64,000 bases of DNA from a virus (Duplodnaviria; Caudoviricetes). Positions 49,116 through 59,289 of the stretch are shown here, one piece after another. The notes below the pieces were generated by a model that saw nothing but the letters and a program-made list of their open reading frames with translations, was not told the DNA's origin and did no database searches. The position numbers and the translations under genes are program-made. Every line of letters starts with the position of its first letter. Within the stretch, counting starts at the first letter, position 1. The stretch covers positions 85,135 to 149,134 of the IMG/VR virus record IMGVR_UViG_3300038673_000220, one strand, 5' to 3'.

Positions 49116-51983
49116 ATGGATGTACAAGATGCTTTAAATAACCCTCTTCTCATTCAAACAGCTATACTTGACGAATACGTTAATCGTTTAGAAGATAAAG
49201 ATATTGAAGTTGTTGATGCAAATAGCACATTTGCATTCATGCTTGAATCTTTCTCTCAGATAGTAGCTGAAGCAACTAACGTTCAGGATAGTAAACTCAA
49301 TGGGTTGTATCCGATACGTGCTGCTAATACACAAGATCTTTTCAATCACATCAGTGATTATGAGTATGTTGGATTCTTCAGTTATCCAGCTTCGTTGAAA
49401 ATATCTATCATGCTTCATAGAGATTATCTTGTAAATAATGCTGTTCAGCTTCCTGACAGTAATTATAAATTAGTTGTTATTCCAGCTGATACTATCTTTA
49501 CCATAGGTAGATATAAATTTGGATTATATTATCCTATCCATATCCGGATAAATACTTTAATAGATAGCGTTTCTGTTGCATATGATGTCACTGAAGAAAA
49601 CCCACTGATGTCATTGGTCTCAAATACTCTTGAAGTTAGAGCTGACAATTATCAAGGTATTGATTTAGTCTCCTTTGATTTTGAAGTGTACCAGTTTGAT
49701 AAAACTGTTTATACTGAGTCTATCAATCCGAAGATAGGTTTCATTAAAAAATATACTTATGATGATAGATTTTATGCTATCCGAGTTTTCGATATATCAT
49801 CTGGTGAAAAGGTTGAATTATCCTATACTTTATCAGATGCTGTTTATGATACATCAAAGCCGACTGTGATTTTAAAGGTTCTCCCTGATGAAAATGCGTT
49901 GATTGTTAATCTCCCACAAGTCTACTTGACGAAGGGTCTAGTTGGAAACCAGCTTCAGATCGAAATCTTTTCAACTCTAGGTGAAATGGATGTTAGTATA
50001 GCGAATATCGATCTTAAAGATATTACTGCTAATTTCGCTATGACGTCACCTAATACAGATCTAACATATACGAATATCTTGAGACGTATACCTACAATCA
50101 TCATTCAACCAGTAGATGTTAGAATAACTGGTGGATCAAACAATTACACGTTTGATGAAATCAAAGATTACACTATTTATCACAATAACGCTTTAAGTGT
50201 TCCTGTTACTCGTCTTGATCTTAAGAGGTTCTTTGAACGTAATGGGTTTATTTATATGGCGAAGTTGGACAACCTTACAGATCGACGTTATTACGCTTAT
50301 AAAAAGCTGTATAATGAAGATGAAGAACTTGGTGTAGCTAATGGTAATATAACGATCAATTATAAAGAAGAGATCGAGAACGGATCCGTTCTTTATCAAA
50401 ACAATGAGACGATCGTTATCCTACCTACAGCTATTTACAAGTTTAATGAAAACGTAAGCAAATTTGAAATACTGAATAACGATGAGGCTTTATTAATCAA
50501 AGAAGCTTCTAGTAATAATCTAGCGAAGATCCTTAATAATAATGATTATTTTGGTAACCCTCATCATATCGTGATAAATACAGCTGACAGATATCCTTTA
50601 TGTACTTTTTATGATCTCTTTACAAATAAAGCATCGAATATAACATTCCTCGAAGAGAATATCTATTTAAGTGCTCAGTTGAGTATCGTTTCAGTCGTTA
50701 TACGGCATCTTGGTAATGGTGCTGGTGGATACATCATACGTATCGGGGTCCAAAGATCTGAGGATCTGATCAATGTTGATGATTCCTTTTTTAATTGCTT
50801 CCTCACCGCTACTTCAAAAGAAGGATACCGTATCGGTTTGCGGGGTGTGTATATAGATACGTACGACAATATTGATGTATTTGATTTCACTCTAGAAACG
50901 AATTATAAGCTTAAAGATGATCGTATAACTTTCACCAATATGAAGACTGTTGATGAGGATTTCACTGACGAATACGAAATACCTCTTTCTGGAACAATGC
51001 ACATTGCAACCTTTGTCAAAAAGTCGATGTTTCCAGATATAGCTCAAGATAGTTCAATCATCAATTATCTAACAGATGACGACAACTCTTGGTTATCAGT
51101 CTCTTTACAAAAATTCGATTACGATCTTGGAAGTAGTCTCGACGATGTCCTTGACCCAAATCTCTTAACAACCTGGACAACTATAGAATACGAAACATAT
51201 GAAGCTGATGAGCCGATGTTGTATGACCATGATGTCTATGAAACGAATCCTGATGGTACATTAAAATGCACTATCGATGGTTCAAATAATCTTGTTTTAA
51301 ATAAACTCCATTCGATAGGTGAACCTGTTTATTATGAAGGTGAGCTAGTTATTCAGCATCGTATCGGTGACGTTATTCTAGACGCTGGTGGAAACCCCAT
51401 CCAAAAAGCTTCTCGAATCAAAGACTTCACAATTAATCTTAACGCTTATGAATACAGTCATGTTGTTTCTATAACTGATTTCTATAAAACGTTATCAGCG
51501 AATCTATCAGCGTATTATAATACGATACGTGATATGAGTAAGAGTATCCTCGAAAACACTGATGTGTTCTTTGCTCCGTTGATTACGACGAATTCTGGTT
51601 ACTACCGAATCAATAATACGACGACGATCAAATCTTCACTTGAGCTCTCTTTCGAATTCAACTGTTATGTACCTCAATCAACGATAGATGATGAGATTCT
51701 TTTAACGAGTGTTTCTGATAAAATTATCGAACTTGTTATATCCCATTTATCTGATGAGATCATATCTCTGACAGCGATCGCTACTGATATCAAATCTATC
51801 TTAAGTGTTTATATTAACAGCATTGACTGTATATCTCTGAATGGTATTAGTGATATCCAAACGCTTATGAATATCAATGTTGACAAATCACCGAAGATCG
51901 GTAGAAAACTTGTACTAGGACCTGACAATCGGTTAACCTATGAACCTTTGATAACGATCAATTTTAAAGCTTTAGATTTATAA
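49116..51983 (+). CDS. Large virion structural/baseplate protein (phiKZ gp87-like)
   Basis: 955 aa; YP..A.TQDLFNHISD and YYPIHIR motifs; synteny. Confidence 0.6.
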   Translation: MDVQDALNNPLLIQTAILDEYVNRLEDKDIEVVDANSTFAFMLESFSQIVAEATNVQDSKLNGLYPIRAANTQDLFNHISDYEYVGFFSYPASLKISIMLHRDYLVNNAVQLPDSNYKLVVIPADTIFTIGRYKFGLYYPIHIRINTLIDSVSVAYDVTEENPLMSLVSNTLEVRADNYQGIDLVSFDFEVYQFDKTVYTESINPKIGFIKKYTYDDRFYAIRVFDISSGEKVELSYTLSDAVYDTSKPTVILKVLPDENALIVNLPQVYLTKGLVGNQLQIEIFSTLGEMDVSIANIDLKDITANFAMTSPNTDLTYTNILRRIPTIIIQPVDVRITGGSNNYTFDEIKDYTIYHNNALSVPVTRLDLKRFFERNGFIYMAKLDNLTDRRYYAYKKLYNEDEELGVANGNITINYKEEIENGSVLYQNNETIVILPTAIYKFNENVSKFEILNNDEALLIKEASSNNLAKILNNNDYFGNPHHIVINTADRYPLCTFYDLFTNKASNITFLEENIYLSAQLSIVSVVIRHLGNGAGGYIIRIGVQRSEDLINVDDSFFNCFLTATSKEGYRIGLRGVYIDTYDNIDVFDFTLETNYKLKDDRITFTNMKTVDEDFTDEYEIPLSGTMHIATFVKKSMFPDIAQDSSIINYLTDDDNSWLSVSLQKFDYDLGSSLDDVLDPNLLTTWTTIEYETYEADEPMLYDHDVYETNPDGTLKCTIDGSNNLVLNKLHSIGEPVYYEGELVIQHRIGDVILDAGGNPIQKASRIKDFTINLNAYEYSHVVSITDFYKTLSANLSAYYNTIRDMSKSILENTDVFFAPLITTNSGYYRINNTTTIKSSLELSFEFNCYVPQSTIDDEILLTSVSDKIIELVISHLSDEIISLTAIATDIKSILSVYINSIDCISLNGISDIQTLMNINVDKSPKIGRKLVLGPDNRLTYEPLITINFKALDL

Positions 51984-51986
51984 AAC

Positions 51987-52030
51987 AATAATAGCTTCCT
52001 TACGCACTTAAGCGTAAGGAAGCTATTATT
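51987..52030. terminator. Bidirectional terminator
   Basis: 19-bp perfect stem between convergent genes. Confidence 0.8.
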
Positions 52031-52443
52031 TATTGGTATTCAACGATTCGAGCTTTAAATCCATTAGCTTTTAAAAGATTGATAACGTCTTGACCATTAG
52101 AAGTATTGCATTCATAGACGTTGATAACTGCTAGATTATTCGTCTGATGAATAACAAGAGACTCTTCATTGATCCAATCTTTAGAAAACGGTATAATGTA
52201 TTTGGTTGTATCATCAATCTTATCAATAAGTTTGATGATTAAGAATGATTGTAATTCAACTTCAGGAACATCATGATCAGATGACTGAACGTTCGAATTA
52301 TAGGTGTAGATGTCAGCATAAGTCTTAGCTAACTCATGATCATTCACACCCAATACAATACCGTGATAATAATTGTTATCACTTACAGATTTTGAACGAA
52401 ACGAAATAGTATTCCCTAAGACGATATCAGCAACAACTGACAT
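52030..52443 (-). CDS. Conserved small beta-rich jumbo-phage protein
   Basis: 137-aa ORF with GGAGGA SD. Confidence 0.55.
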   Translation of the reverse strand: MSVVADIVLGNTISFRSKSVSDNNYYHGIVLGVNDHELAKTYADIYTYNSNVQSSDHDVPEVELQSFLIIKLIDKIDDTTKYIIPFSKDWINEESLVIHQTNNLAVINVYECNTSNGQDVINLLKANGFKARIVEYQ

Positions 52444-52446
52444 GGA

Positions 52447-54162
52447 TTATTCCTCCTTTTCCATGATACCATCACGAACGATGATACGATCTGTACAAAT
52501 AAGATAAGGAATCGTTTCAATGATACGGTTAAAAAGCTCATCGATCGATTTGAAAGATTGGACGACGTTAAGTTTACTAAAAGATACTTTTCTCCATTTA
52601 TTTGGACTTATAAAGAAATCATCTGGATCTATGTCAACAGTGTCTGAAATACTGATAAATGATCCAGACGTCACCTTATAAAACTCTTTAAGGTCAGTAA
52701 GAACATCTGGAAAGATGTCTTTTGGAAGATAATTCATGAGCTTCGGAATAGTGTCAAAAATGACACCTTCTTTAAGAGCCACACTAACCACTCCAAGGAC
52801 GTCGTCAACAACGTTGATGTTATATAAATGATTGATAGACGAACCACCAATCACAAGTTTTGGGAGTCTGCTACAAACCATACTTGAATAAAGTCTGACG
52901 AATTCATTAAGATCCTGTTGAACGTTTTTAACCTCATGTTTGTTTTCAAGGTTGTTAATACGTTTCTCTAACTCTGAACAGAGCTTTGTGTAATCTTTAT
53001 GATCTTTATTCAAATAACTTGGGTGAAGGATAGAGTCATTGTTTTCAAATAGATTATAAAAATAAAGCGTCCTATTACGAAGTTGACATTTCACATTCTT
53101 TATAGTACTTTTATCAAAATCAGCAATCGCTAATGGATCAATGATATTTAAACCACTTACAACCTGAAGTATATTAAGCTCAAGCGGATTATTAACAAAT
53201 GATGGTAAAAACGCTACCGTTTTACAAAATGGGATTTCACGAACACCAAGTTCTTTTTCGAGGAAAACATTCGTATGATCATCAGCCCCATTGACAACAA
53301 CGATAACATTATTATCTCCAGTGTAATTTTTATCTAAATAAGATAAAAGAGATTTGACGTTAACAGAGTTTACATTCGGTATCAGAACAACATCACAAAG
53401 ATCATAATGGAGTTCAGTACTCAAATGAGCATTGTATTCAATATTTGCGGATGGATTAACAGCTAGTGCAAAATCATGTTCAACTTTTTCGATTGATATA
53501 TCGATATCAGTCTCTATTTCAGAACGTTGATAAGAAACGTATTTGTAAAGGACTTCTGGAATATCCATGAAAAGATCAACAGCACATTGTGCCATTATCT
53601 CGTTTCCTTTACTCGTAGTTAAAGCGAGTTGATAGATAGCTTTTTCTTTATCATCTCGAGAAAGATCATTCAGATAAAGAGCTTGTTTTTTCATTTTCGC
53701 TTGAGTATCAATTAAACCTTGCACTATCTTATTTTTGATATCAACCGTATTACTCATGGTATTATAGACAGTGTCAGAATACTCTCTCATGTGTTTAAGT
53801 TCTTTAAACGCATTCTTTATGAAAGAGGCTGCAGTGAAGATCGCTGTACTTGTCCCATCAGAAGCAGCATCTTCAACTCGTTCAGCGATATGTCGTATAT
53901 AGTTAACGATATACGTTTGGATAGGATTGATGTATTCAGTATTTTTCAGGATATGGATCCCATCATTACTGAACACATTATTTAAATACGAGGTTGCACT
54001 ATCCTTAAAAACAACAATATCCAGTAAAGCATTTTTACCACTCAGTGGTAATATATCTTCCTGAACTTGTTCAAGTGTCTTGATTATCAATTCTGAGAAA
54101 TCTTCAAAATCAACAACGTTTCTTTTATAAAGATCCGAAGTTAATTGGATACGATTATTCAT
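52447..54162 (-). CDS. groEL: Divergent phage chaperonin (GroEL/Cpn60-like)
   Basis: SNDGIHILK, SDGTSTA (GDGTTT-like), LVIGG and VDDVLGVVSVALKEG; 571 aa. Confidence 0.75.
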   Translation of the reverse strand: MNNRIQLTSDLYKRNVVDFEDFSELIIKTLEQVQEDILPLSGKNALLDIVVFKDSATSYLNNVFSNDGIHILKNTEYINPIQTYIVNYIRHIAERVEDAASDGTSTAIFTAASFIKNAFKELKHMREYSDTVYNTMSNTVDIKNKIVQGLIDTQAKMKKQALYLNDLSRDDKEKAIYQLALTTSKGNEIMAQCAVDLFMDIPEVLYKYVSYQRSEIETDIDISIEKVEHDFALAVNPSANIEYNAHLSTELHYDLCDVVLIPNVNSVNVKSLLSYLDKNYTGDNNVIVVVNGADDHTNVFLEKELGVREIPFCKTVAFLPSFVNNPLELNILQVVSGLNIIDPLAIADFDKSTIKNVKCQLRNRTLYFYNLFENNDSILHPSYLNKDHKDYTKLCSELEKRINNLENKHEVKNVQQDLNEFVRLYSSMVCSRLPKLVIGGSSINHLYNINVVDDVLGVVSVALKEGVIFDTIPKLMNYLPKDIFPDVLTDLKEFYKVTSGSFISISDTVDIDPDDFFISPNKWRKVSFSKLNVVQSFKSIDELFNRIIETIPYLICTDRIIVRDGIMEKEE

Positions 54163-54587
54163 TATAACCCCTCTCCGAGTTTATTTTCTATGAAACTAGC
54201 AGCGTTTGAAGCATTGTTACTGATAGCTTGTTGATACTTTTTCAAACGTTCGTCCATAACAATGAATGCGTTGTATTCAAGTTGCATCACATCGTTTAAC
54301 GATAATCCGAGTTTCTGATACCATTGATTCAGAATCATGCTTTCAACGGTATTGTTTAACAACCTATCTGGTTCATTGACCTCTGGAGGTATGTATCGGA
54401 TATGGTCCAATCCAGAATGATAGGTCCGCTTAAAAAATGTAGTATCATTTAGGCGAATGATACTACATATCCTTGAGAGATCGTCAGCGTCCTCAAGACT
54501 GGTGATGAGCAGTTCCAATTTCTTTAAATAATCGCGGATATTATTTTCAGAAATCAGTTCTGGAGCAATCGCATCACCAATATTGAA
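54162..54587 (-). CDS. Predicted -1 frameshift extension (T-like part) of the upstream gene; fusion about 584 aa
   Basis: Frame is open from the slippery T8 to 54162; no SD at TTG 54518; LGLSLNDVMQL motif. Confidence 0.65.
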   Translation of the reverse strand, partial: FNIGDAIAPELISENNIRDYLKKLELLITSLEDADDLSRICSIIRLNDTTFFKRTYHSGLDHIRYIPPEVNEPDRLLNNTVESMILNQWYQKLGLSLNDVMQLEYNAFIVMDERLKKYQQAISNNASNAASFIENKLGEGL

Positions 54588-55915
54588 AAAAAAGTATTCT
54601 GAATATCAATCGGAACGATACCATTGATCATTCCTTTTGGTACCTCGGTGCAATGAGTACAAGACGATCCAACATAACCGATATTGGTGATAGATGTTTC
54701 TTTGATATAATCAGATACTTTATCACCGAATTCATCACTTAATCCAGAACCTTGGATTTCATTCAGTATCGTTATGATATTATCATGTTCTTTAACAACA
54801 AAGTTCACAACACCGTTGTCGATAACACTTATGGATTCTATCCATGGAGTATAAATAACACAGTAAGCGTATTTCAAATACTGTTGGATCGAATCGACAT
54901 CAGTCATGTTTTGAACTGATTTCGCCATTTCATCATTGAACTGATTAGCGTATTTTACGTATTCTCCAATAGAAGGTATTTTCAATGATATTCGATAATC
55001 ACCTATGTCAAAAGATTTCTTTAGGTTTAAAGCGTTTAAATAATCATTAATATCATTTTGATCAACAACTGCTGCATTAGCTAACCAACGACGTTTATCA
55101 TCAGGAATCATTCCAAAATTAGTCAGTTGAAGAGTGTTTAAGTCGATGTTCACTTCTGATACTTTTTCACAATGCAGACAAACATCTTTAAAAAGATATC
55201 CTTGCTTGTACATCAAAGTAGCTATCTGTAAAAGAATGAGCTGATAATCATGGATAGAGATACTGTTCTTTAAACGATTCCCTTTGTCCCAATTCTTAAG
55301 ATTCGAATTAATAGTTAAAAGCTCAATGAAATCAATGATAGCGTTTTTAATCGACATATCTGAATACATATAGAATAATGCTCCAAGCATTCTCCCATAT
55401 TCATCAAATTCAGTTCCGATTAAATTATATAAAGTGTTAAGCTCAACAAGCTTTGGAGCTCTGATAACAATATAAAAACCACTGTTGTAGAGAAATACTT
55501 TCTTTACATTACTATTCTTAGATAAGATAAGTAAGTTGGCTTTTGTTCCAGATACCTCAGCACCATTGAAATTCTGATTAATTGCTAAGATACTGTTTTT
55601 CAGAGAATACCCCTCATCATCTTCAGATTTAGGTACTTCATAACCTTCACCGATATTTAGTTTATCAGTGAGTTTTTCAAAGATCTCCCCAATGAATAAT
55701 GACTGTTGAGTGTGAGTATCAAGCATACGTTTAACAAGCTCAGTGAATGAGCCTATCTCACCCAACTGACGATTCATCTCCACATCACCAAGCTTTCTTT
55801 TTAACTTTTGAAACGTTTCGCTGATTTCATCCATAGAAAAGAATGGAATGATACCTTTATAAAAATCGATAGCCTTATCGCTATCTTCGTCCATTTTGGT
55901 TTGCTGGTCAACCAT
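54554..55915 (-). CDS. Putative tail/baseplate assembly chaperone (G-like), with CxxC pairs
   Basis: CLHC and CTHC; ends ..NTFF across the slippery site. Confidence 0.55.
   Translation of the reverse strand: MVDQQTKMDEDSDKAIDFYKGIIPFFSMDEISETFQKLKRKLGDVEMNRQLGEIGSFTELVKRMLDTHTQQSLFIGEIFEKLTDKLNIGEGYEVPKSEDDEGYSLKNSILAINQNFNGAEVSGTKANLLILSKNSNVKKVFLYNSGFYIVIRAPKLVELNTLYNLIGTEFDEYGRMLGALFYMYSDMSIKNAIIDFIELLTINSNLKNWDKGNRLKNSISIHDYQLILLQIATLMYKQGYLFKDVCLHCEKVSEVNIDLNTLQLTNFGMIPDDKRRWLANAAVVDQNDINDYLNALNLKKSFDIGDYRISLKIPSIGEYVKYANQFNDEMAKSVQNMTDVDSIQQYLKYAYCVIYTPWIESISVIDNGVVNFVVKEHDNIITILNEIQGSGLSDEFGDKVSDYIKETSITNIGYVGSSCTHCTEVPKGMINGIVPIDIQNTFFSILVMRLLQN
54586..54593 (-). promoter_or_regulatory. 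Slippery site T TTT TTT (T) for a -1 programmed frameshift
   Basis: A8 on the + strand; the -1 frame opens just upstream (stop at 54606-54608). Confidence 0.65.
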
Positions 55916-56711
55916 TTTTCTTCACCTTTTTAGAGAGATAATGTTTAAGAAAGACTTGAATATAAGCTCGTACAGAAATAATGGTCATGTCTGAGCAAAC
56001 GAATTTACTCATAACTGTACTTAAAGCATTCTTGATATAGATCTGTTCAAGTCGTTTATTTTGATACTGTTGAATGAACTTCTTCGCTACCACATCGAGT
56101 GCTTCAGTCGTTGGTAAGTAAACATGATTATTTCCTTCAACGATACCTAATCTGAGTTCATCTGACTCTAAATACATATTTAGAATATCAGTTATTATCG
56201 CATCGGAGATATCATTGATGTTAATGAATTTTTTATACTTCAAGAAAAGCTGATTTATCAGATAAATACTCTGAATATCATCATTAACAAAAACGACAGG
56301 TTTACGTTTATCTGGATTATCGTTATATAGATATCCAATACCGTATTGTTCCCAGGCTAGTTCAAATTCTTCAAGATTGAATTTTATAGTTTTAAGATAC
56401 GTCATCAAGTAATCAACCCTGATGACGTATATATTCTTTTTATCATTTTCAAAGGTTAAGAACCTTGAGATGAATGAAGATATAATACTCCAATCGTCTT
56501 GATTCTTAACCTTGACTAATCGATAAACTAAGTCGTTATTATTGATGCGACTCAGTTCTTTTCCTGTTAGATTGATAAACTGCAGATACTGATCCTTTTG
56601 ATCACCAACATTCCAGTAGAGGAAATTCAACCGTCGTGATGAGTGATCAATAAGGTACTTCTTTAACAATGCGTCCAATTGATTCCTTGTTAAATCAGTT
56701 AACTCAGCCAT
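55908..56711 (-). CDS. Hypothetical protein
   Basis: 267-aa ORF in the operon. Confidence 0.6.
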   Translation of the reverse strand: MAELTDLTRNQLDALLKKYLIDHSSRRLNFLYWNVGDQKDQYLQFINLTGKELSRINNNDLVYRLVKVKNQDDWSIISSFISRFLTFENDKKNIYVIRVDYLMTYLKTIKFNLEEFELAWEQYGIGYLYNDNPDKRKPVVFVNDDIQSIYLINQLFLKYKKFININDISDAIITDILNMYLESDELRLGIVEGNNHVYLPTTEALDVVAKKFIQQYQNKRLEQIYIKNALSTVMSKFVCSDMTIISVRAYIQVFLKHYLSKKVKKNG

Positions 56712-56714
56712 TGA

Positions 56715-57152
56715 TCAATCCATGAATATTGATGGTATTTGGTTTGAGATCTCGACCATAGATGAAATGATACTCGCCTTCTTTTCAATGGAGGTATCAT
56801 CTCTTTGTAATGCATCCATATGTCGATTCAATCTTCCTTGAATAATTTTAAGCTTATTAACATTACTAATGTATGTATTAAGCTTGTCAGGCACTTGTAC
56901 AGATTCTTTAGAATATGCATCACGAATAGTCTGCAATGCGTCTTCAATACGACTGATCTGATCGTTGATAATACCATTCGTTTTGGTATAAACGTCAGTA
57001 GCATCACCGATGATCTTATTGAGTTCATCACTCTTCTTCGAAGACGACGTCTTCTTCTTCGGAGTCGTCTTCTTCGTCGTAGTCTTCTTCTTCGTAGTCT
57101 TCGTCATCTCCGAATTGCTGGGCTGAGTCTCTAATCTCTCTTCGTTGCTCAT
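56715..57152 (-). CDS. Hypothetical protein with Lys/Thr-rich N-terminus, overlapping the polymerase end
   Basis: AGGAG 7 nt before ATG 57152; helical C-terminal half. Confidence 0.6.
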   Translation of the reverse strand: MSNEERLETQPSNSEMTKTTKKKTTTKKTTPKKKTSSSKKSDELNKIIGDATDVYTKTNGIINDQISRIEDALQTIRDAYSKESVQVPDKLNTYISNVNKLKIIQGRLNRHMDALQRDDTSIEKKASIISSMVEISNQIPSIFMD

Positions 57153-59289
57153 CTGTCAACTCCTGTAATAAGGTTGGATACATATCTGAGAACAATACTT
57201 TGTTCTTCTTATTTGGATAGCCTAATATATTAAATGACCGAAGTATCAACTCTAACGAGTAACAATTCGATGCACACACTTTGCGATAATCCGCAATAGT
57301 TCTTAATTCTTCAGGAATCGCCATATCCATAGGAATAAGAACTCTACTGAATTTCTTTTTTGGAAACTTACCAATAAAAGCTATGAACCTTTTATACATC
57401 TCTTCATCGGTATCTTTCATATGATGGAGAGCTTTGGTATCATGAATACTTATCTCATTTATCGGTAATTCCTTGGTTTTTTGTGGTAAATTGAGATCTC
57501 CGTATTTTTGAGCAAAAACATCTTGCCAAAGATCATAGTACAAGTAATTTGAACTGTATGGGTTCGCATACTGATCTTTAAGGTTGATTGGCTTTTGCAT
57601 CAAGAATAGAGTTTCACCATTATTGATAGAATCTTTAATCCGCTGTTCAAAAACGATAACTTTGGAAATAAGATCTTCTGGGTGCAATTCGTATGTCTTT
57701 AGGAAAGAATCAAATATGTATTTGATGAACCATTTGACATACGAAGTAGTTTCTTTACAAAGATCACTACCTTTGAAATTCTTTCCTTTAAGATCGAATT
57801 TATAAGGATCTTGGAAAATCCCTTCTTTAAAACGAACGTATCCAGCATAATGTTTAGAAATAGCTGTACGAAGAAAAACATCATACATGAACTCATTCTT
57901 TACATTGAGGATGCGCATATTCTCAGTACCAATATTCATCGATGCACTCATATAAGCAAATACGTGCTCGAGCATCTTTGATACTAAGGTTATAATCAAT
58001 GCGTTAAAATTTGAAGCAATGTCATCAATCCTGATACTATTTGTATACCACTTTATCCAGTTCACTGTAGTAAAAAGAATACTATCAGTATCAGACAAAA
58101 GTACCGTTGAACGGATCATGTTTTTGTGTAATCCGATATCTGATGGTAAAATTGGTAAAAGAAGCAATGTTTCAAAAAGCTTCTCTAGATAGGTGAATTT
58201 ATCAATGATATACGAATATACGGAAAAGATCTTTCGAGATAAATCTGGATCTTTCGCATTAATATCAACTAATGAAGTCTTCTTAATATCTGATGATAGA
58301 AGAATGACAGTGAATGTTTGAACAAGTTCATCATCCAACTTAGCTATATTTGGTATCTCTCCTTGGATGATAGGTGCTTTCGTCACATCGATAAGCTCAT
58401 CAAACTTTTGGCGAAAGATAGGATTCTCTTGAAAGATACGCTTCATGTTCATCGCATAATAAACAAAAGCTCTTTCTTTTTCACTTAAGTTGAAGATGAG
58501 TTGCTTAAGATGATCCGTGTTAACTAATGGATGATACGTTTTTATTTGTTCGTCGTAAGCTTCGAATACTTTTTCAGCTGATGGTAATACGAGTTGATAC
58601 TTCATTACACATCTGTCAAACATCAGATCACCTGGATACACTCGCAATAGTGCTACTATCCAGTTAATTGCTTTGTCTTCTGAAAAGAAGTAATAATTTG
58701 AACCAAGAGCTATTTCAGTCATAGCGTACGTTGTCATGATACCAAAACGTGCTGTTGATGTAATAGCGTTATAATTGATACCACTTCTGAATGTTACATT
58801 AGATAACATAACACCAGAAATAGCGTTGATCTTTATTTTGATATTCTTCTGACGGAGATCGTTCATAAAAACGGTATGCTTATCCCCACGACATTCAGCT
58901 AGAAACATCTCCTTTTTGACACGTTTCCGTTCAGCTTGGTTATCTTCAATGTATCCAGAAAATACCGCTTTGAGCTTCTCAACTTGACAGTAAGCTGCTC
59001 CATAAGGAGAGAGAATATCTTCATTTAAAGAATTCGTTACGTCGAGCAATCCACCTTCTTTAACTTGAATATTACAAGGACTTGATGCTTGTAAATATTT
59101 TAATTTGTTGGGTTTATATCGTTCTCTACATATCTGATTGATGCGGGAACGTATCTCTTGATCAGTAAGTTGTGGAAGCATACGTTTTAAGAATAAAAAC
59201 ATATTCTCTTTGTACTGATCAACTACAGACGATCTTCTTGAAAAATCGTTAGAATAAGTGATATTATCATAGGTCAATACGTTTGGCAT
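57028..59289 (-). CDS. Family B DNA polymerase, palm/thumb-containing subunit (phiKZ gp82-like)
   Basis: KIKINAISG (motif B-like), SDTDS (motif C), KHYA and LKGK; no exonuclease or motif A seen. Confidence 0.8.
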   Translation of the reverse strand: MPNVLTYDNITYSNDFSRRSSVVDQYKENMFLFLKRMLPQLTDQEIRSRINQICRERYKPNKLKYLQASSPCNIQVKEGGLLDVTNSLNEDILSPYGAAYCQVEKLKAVFSGYIEDNQAERKRVKKEMFLAECRGDKHTVFMNDLRQKNIKIKINAISGVMLSNVTFRSGINYNAITSTARFGIMTTYAMTEIALGSNYYFFSEDKAINWIVALLRVYPGDLMFDRCVMKYQLVLPSAEKVFEAYDEQIKTYHPLVNTDHLKQLIFNLSEKERAFVYYAMNMKRIFQENPIFRQKFDELIDVTKAPIIQGEIPNIAKLDDELVQTFTVILLSSDIKKTSLVDINAKDPDLSRKIFSVYSYIIDKFTYLEKLFETLLLLPILPSDIGLHKNMIRSTVLLSDTDSILFTTVNWIKWYTNSIRIDDIASNFNALIITLVSKMLEHVFAYMSASMNIGTENMRILNVKNEFMYDVFLRTAISKHYAGYVRFKEGIFQDPYKFDLKGKNFKGSDLCKETTSYVKWFIKYIFDSFLKTYELHPEDLISKVIVFEQRIKDSINNGETLFLMQKPINLKDQYANPYSSNYLYYDLWQDVFAQKYGDLNLPQKTKELPINEISIHDTKALHHMKDTDEEMYKRFIAFIGKFPKKKFSRVLIPMDMAIPEELRTIADYRKVCASNCYSLELILRSFNILGYPNKKNKVLFSDMYPTLLQELTDEQRREIRDSAQQFGDDEDYEEEDYDEEDDSEEEDVVFEEE

